From Octopus sinensis (lineage: Eukaryota), in NCBI RefSeq assembly GCF_006345805.1, contig NC_043010.1:35154001-35218000 (forward strand): 64,000 nt of DNA, read 5' to 3'. How positions within the stretch are numbered: the stretch's first letter is position 1; each line of letters opens with the position of its first letter. The notes under the pieces were generated by a model. The model saw only the letters and a list, made by a program, of their open reading frames with translations, did no database searches and was not told the DNA's origin. Made by a program: the position numbers and the translations under genes. Positions 61,612 to 64,000 of the stretch are shown here, piece by piece.

Positions 61612-62460
61612 GGAAACTGGCTGTAAGTGCCTTGAGAGAAAAACTGAATATAAGAGACATCAGATGTGTGCAAAAGAGGCAACTGCACTGGTATGGTTAT
61701 GTGATGCATATGGATGAGAACAGCTGCCTAAAGAAGTACCAATCTCTGTCTGTGGAGGAAACCTGTGGAAGACATGGGACGTGGTGGGGAAGCATGACCT
61801 TTGAGCGATGGGTCTCATGGAGGCGATGACAAGTGATCATGACCCTTGGCAATTTGCTGTGCTTGAAAAGACTCATCAAGCCAAGTGAAAATATAGTTGT
61901 GGTCGGTGCCAGTGACACATATGAGCACCCATGCTGGTGACACATAAAAGCAGCCATACTGGTGACACGTTAAGGCACCCATGCTGGTGACACATTAAGA
62001 CACCCATGCTGGTGACATGTTAAGGCACCCATGCTGGTGACACATTAAGGCACCCATGCTGGTGACACGTTAAGGCATCCATGCTGGTGACACGTAAAGG
62101 CACCCATACTGGTGACACGTAAAGGCACCCATGCTGGTGACACGTTAAGGCACCCATGCTGGTGACACGTTAAGGCATCCATGCTGGTGACACGTTAAGG
62201 CACCCATACTGGTGACACGTAAAGGCACCCATGCTGGTGACACGTTAAGGCACCCATGCTAGTGACACATGAAAGCAGCCATACTGATGACACATAAAAG
62301 GCACCCACTATACTCTTGGAGTGGTTGGCATTAGAAAAGGCATTCAGCTATAGAAAGCAAGCCAAAATCAGACTGGAACCTGGTGCAGCTCTCCAGCTTA
62401 CCACTTTCAGTCAAACTGTTTAACCCTTTACCAACATGGAAAGCAGACATTAACTGTTAT
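61612..62460 (+). mobile_element. RTE LINE 3' fragment containing a 25-bp tandem array (about 15 units, 61925-62295)
   Basis: LREKLNIRDIRCVQKRQLHWYGYV coding end. Unit aaggcacccatgctggtgacacgtt with period 25. Confidence 0.85.
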
Positions 62461-62635
62461 GGTTCTAATATAAACACTATTAGACAGCATAAGAAACAAT
62501 GTTTGACAGAAAAGAGGTACAGGCCTTTTGATGGGAATTGCCAAAGAGTCAGTTTTAGCAAGAGTAATGTTAATCTCTTCCAACAGGTAATCAAGTAATA
62601 CCAACACATGTGGTAAACTGAGTATAGAACTTTAC

Positions 62636-62717
62636 CTGCCACTTCTTCACCAAAATGATCTTCAATTTCTTGCAGAGTGGTGTCTGTATCTTCTACTGTG
62701 TCATGAAGTAGTGCTGC
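62636..62717 (-). CDS. HDDC3: HDDC3/MESH1 internal exon: AALLHDTVEDTDTTLQEIEDHFGEEVA(G)
   Basis: tttgcag|GCA...G|gtaaag. Contains the HD motif and the ED dyad; phases match both neighbours. Confidence 0.95.
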
Positions 62718-63840
62718 CTGCAAAGAAAGAAATATATATTTGGTCTTTGATATATATTTGTGTGTATATGTGTATATGTATATATATATATACATATTTA
62801 TGGAAAGAAACAAGATTAAAAGACACAAATTTATTTTACAAGACTAAAGAATATATTAGAATCATAATAGCAAAAGTATTACACAATATTGTACAAAATA
62901 AGATTATTTTGTTCCAACATAATTGGTTTCACTATCACTTTTCAAATTATGAGTTTTGGATGAATTTCTGAATGTCTAATACAGAAATTCATCCAAAACT
63001 CTTAATTTGAAAAGGATAGCAAAACTGGTTATTCGGTTGGAAGAAAAAAAATCTTGTTTTGTACAATATTGTGTAATACTTTTGCTATTATCTTGTAAAA
63101 CAAATCTTGTGTTTTTTAATCTTATTTCTTTCTGTATATATTCAACTACGTGTAATCACCCACCATACTTTCTACATTATATACATATATATATAAATAT
63201 ACATATTATGTAAGGAAATATATACTAGGAATTCCCTTTTCTGGCTGGTAAATCAGTGTTTAAATATATATATATATCCTTTAGGATGCCTTCTAAGTGT
63301 TACCCACCATTCTTGTCTTTTTGACCTTAAGGTTATATTTTCTCACTTCTTATTTATTTCATCTTTGTCCATCATCTTAAATTACATTTATTCACTTTCG
63401 TATATCCACTCTGTATTGTTTTGCTTGCTCTCAACCCTATATTCTCTGCAACTTTCGTGGACACTGCCAGCATGAGAAGTTCTCAGTCTTATTTTTAATG
63501 GTGCAAAACTGAGTTGTACCATTTGGTTGACAACTGATAAAGAATTAGGGACCTTTTGTGTCTGTCTCCCGTCTGCTTGCACACTCAGTATATGGCATGT
63601 ATTTTTTATGTGTCGTTTGTTTATTTACAATAATTTTTTTTTTATTTATTAAGTAATGAAATGAAAACACACCCCGACTTTTGTCAACAGTAAGTTTCGC
63701 ATATATATATATATATATATCTTATATCTCTTTTACGTGTTTCAGTCATTTGACTGCGGCCATACTGGAGCACTGCTTTTAGTTGAGTAAATCGACCCCA
63801 GAAAAATATATTAAAATAAACAAATAAATCAAGTGATTAC

Positions 63841-63896
63841 CTGGATGACCAGTGGGTCAGTAATACCTCCTTCGTTGGTCAGTATGTAGGACACAC
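63841..63896 (-). CDS. HDDC3: HDDC3/MESH1 internal exon: (G)VSYILTNEGGITDPLVIQ
   Basis: cacttag|GT...CAG|gtaatc. Aligns to human GVARILTHEAGITDIVVLQ. Not in the supplied ORF track. Confidence 0.9.
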
Positions 63897-64000
63897 CTAA
63901 GTGACAAATAGAATGCAAAATCAATATCCATTTTGAATATATATTCTTAATGGAAATAGGCTACTTATAAGAAGTACAAAAGCTAACAAATGTCAAGAAC

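Noticed and set aside
61925-62295. 25-bp array (and the 63-bp array at 58500-58835) as a CRISPR-like locus
   Set aside because: Units are head-to-tail with no unique spacers, lie inside RTE 3' UTRs, and the genome is eukaryotic with no cas genes.
63388-63582. 64-aa ORF as an HDDC3 exon
   Set aside because: No similarity to MESH1. The real flanking exons (63841-63896 and 62636-62717) already join in frame without it.

Overview
Repeat-saturated, AT-rich eukaryotic genomic DNA. The dense (TA)n/(CA)n/(TATG)n microsatellites, tRNA-derived SINEs, RTE/CR1 LINEs, mariner, hAT, piggyBac and Helitron debris look like an octopus (coleoid cephalopod) genome; this is inference from repeat style, not a database match. 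Two spliced host genes lie on the minus strand. NATD1 (small GNAT-fold protein) is complete: three coding exons at 40051-40198, 34860-34984 and 18762-18866. HDDC3/MESH1 (HD-domain ppGpp/NADPH hydrolase) contributes its last three coding exons at 63841-63896, 62636-62717 and 54233-54537, with its first exon(s) beyond the right edge. Two decayed tRNA genes are present: Asp-GTC and an intron-containing Lys-TTT. There is one CR1-type LINE with an uninterrupted 921-aa ORF2 and one young RTE LINE with a PHD-like finger. The least explained structures are in and around NATD1. Exon 2 has been locally copied three extra times, including a 205-bp near-perfect antisense copy of its splice acceptor inside intron 1. 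Intron 2 holds a perfect 549-bp palindrome. Almost all short ORFs in the supplied track are microsatellite or repeat artefacts. I see no clear evidence of a wholly new multi-gene system.
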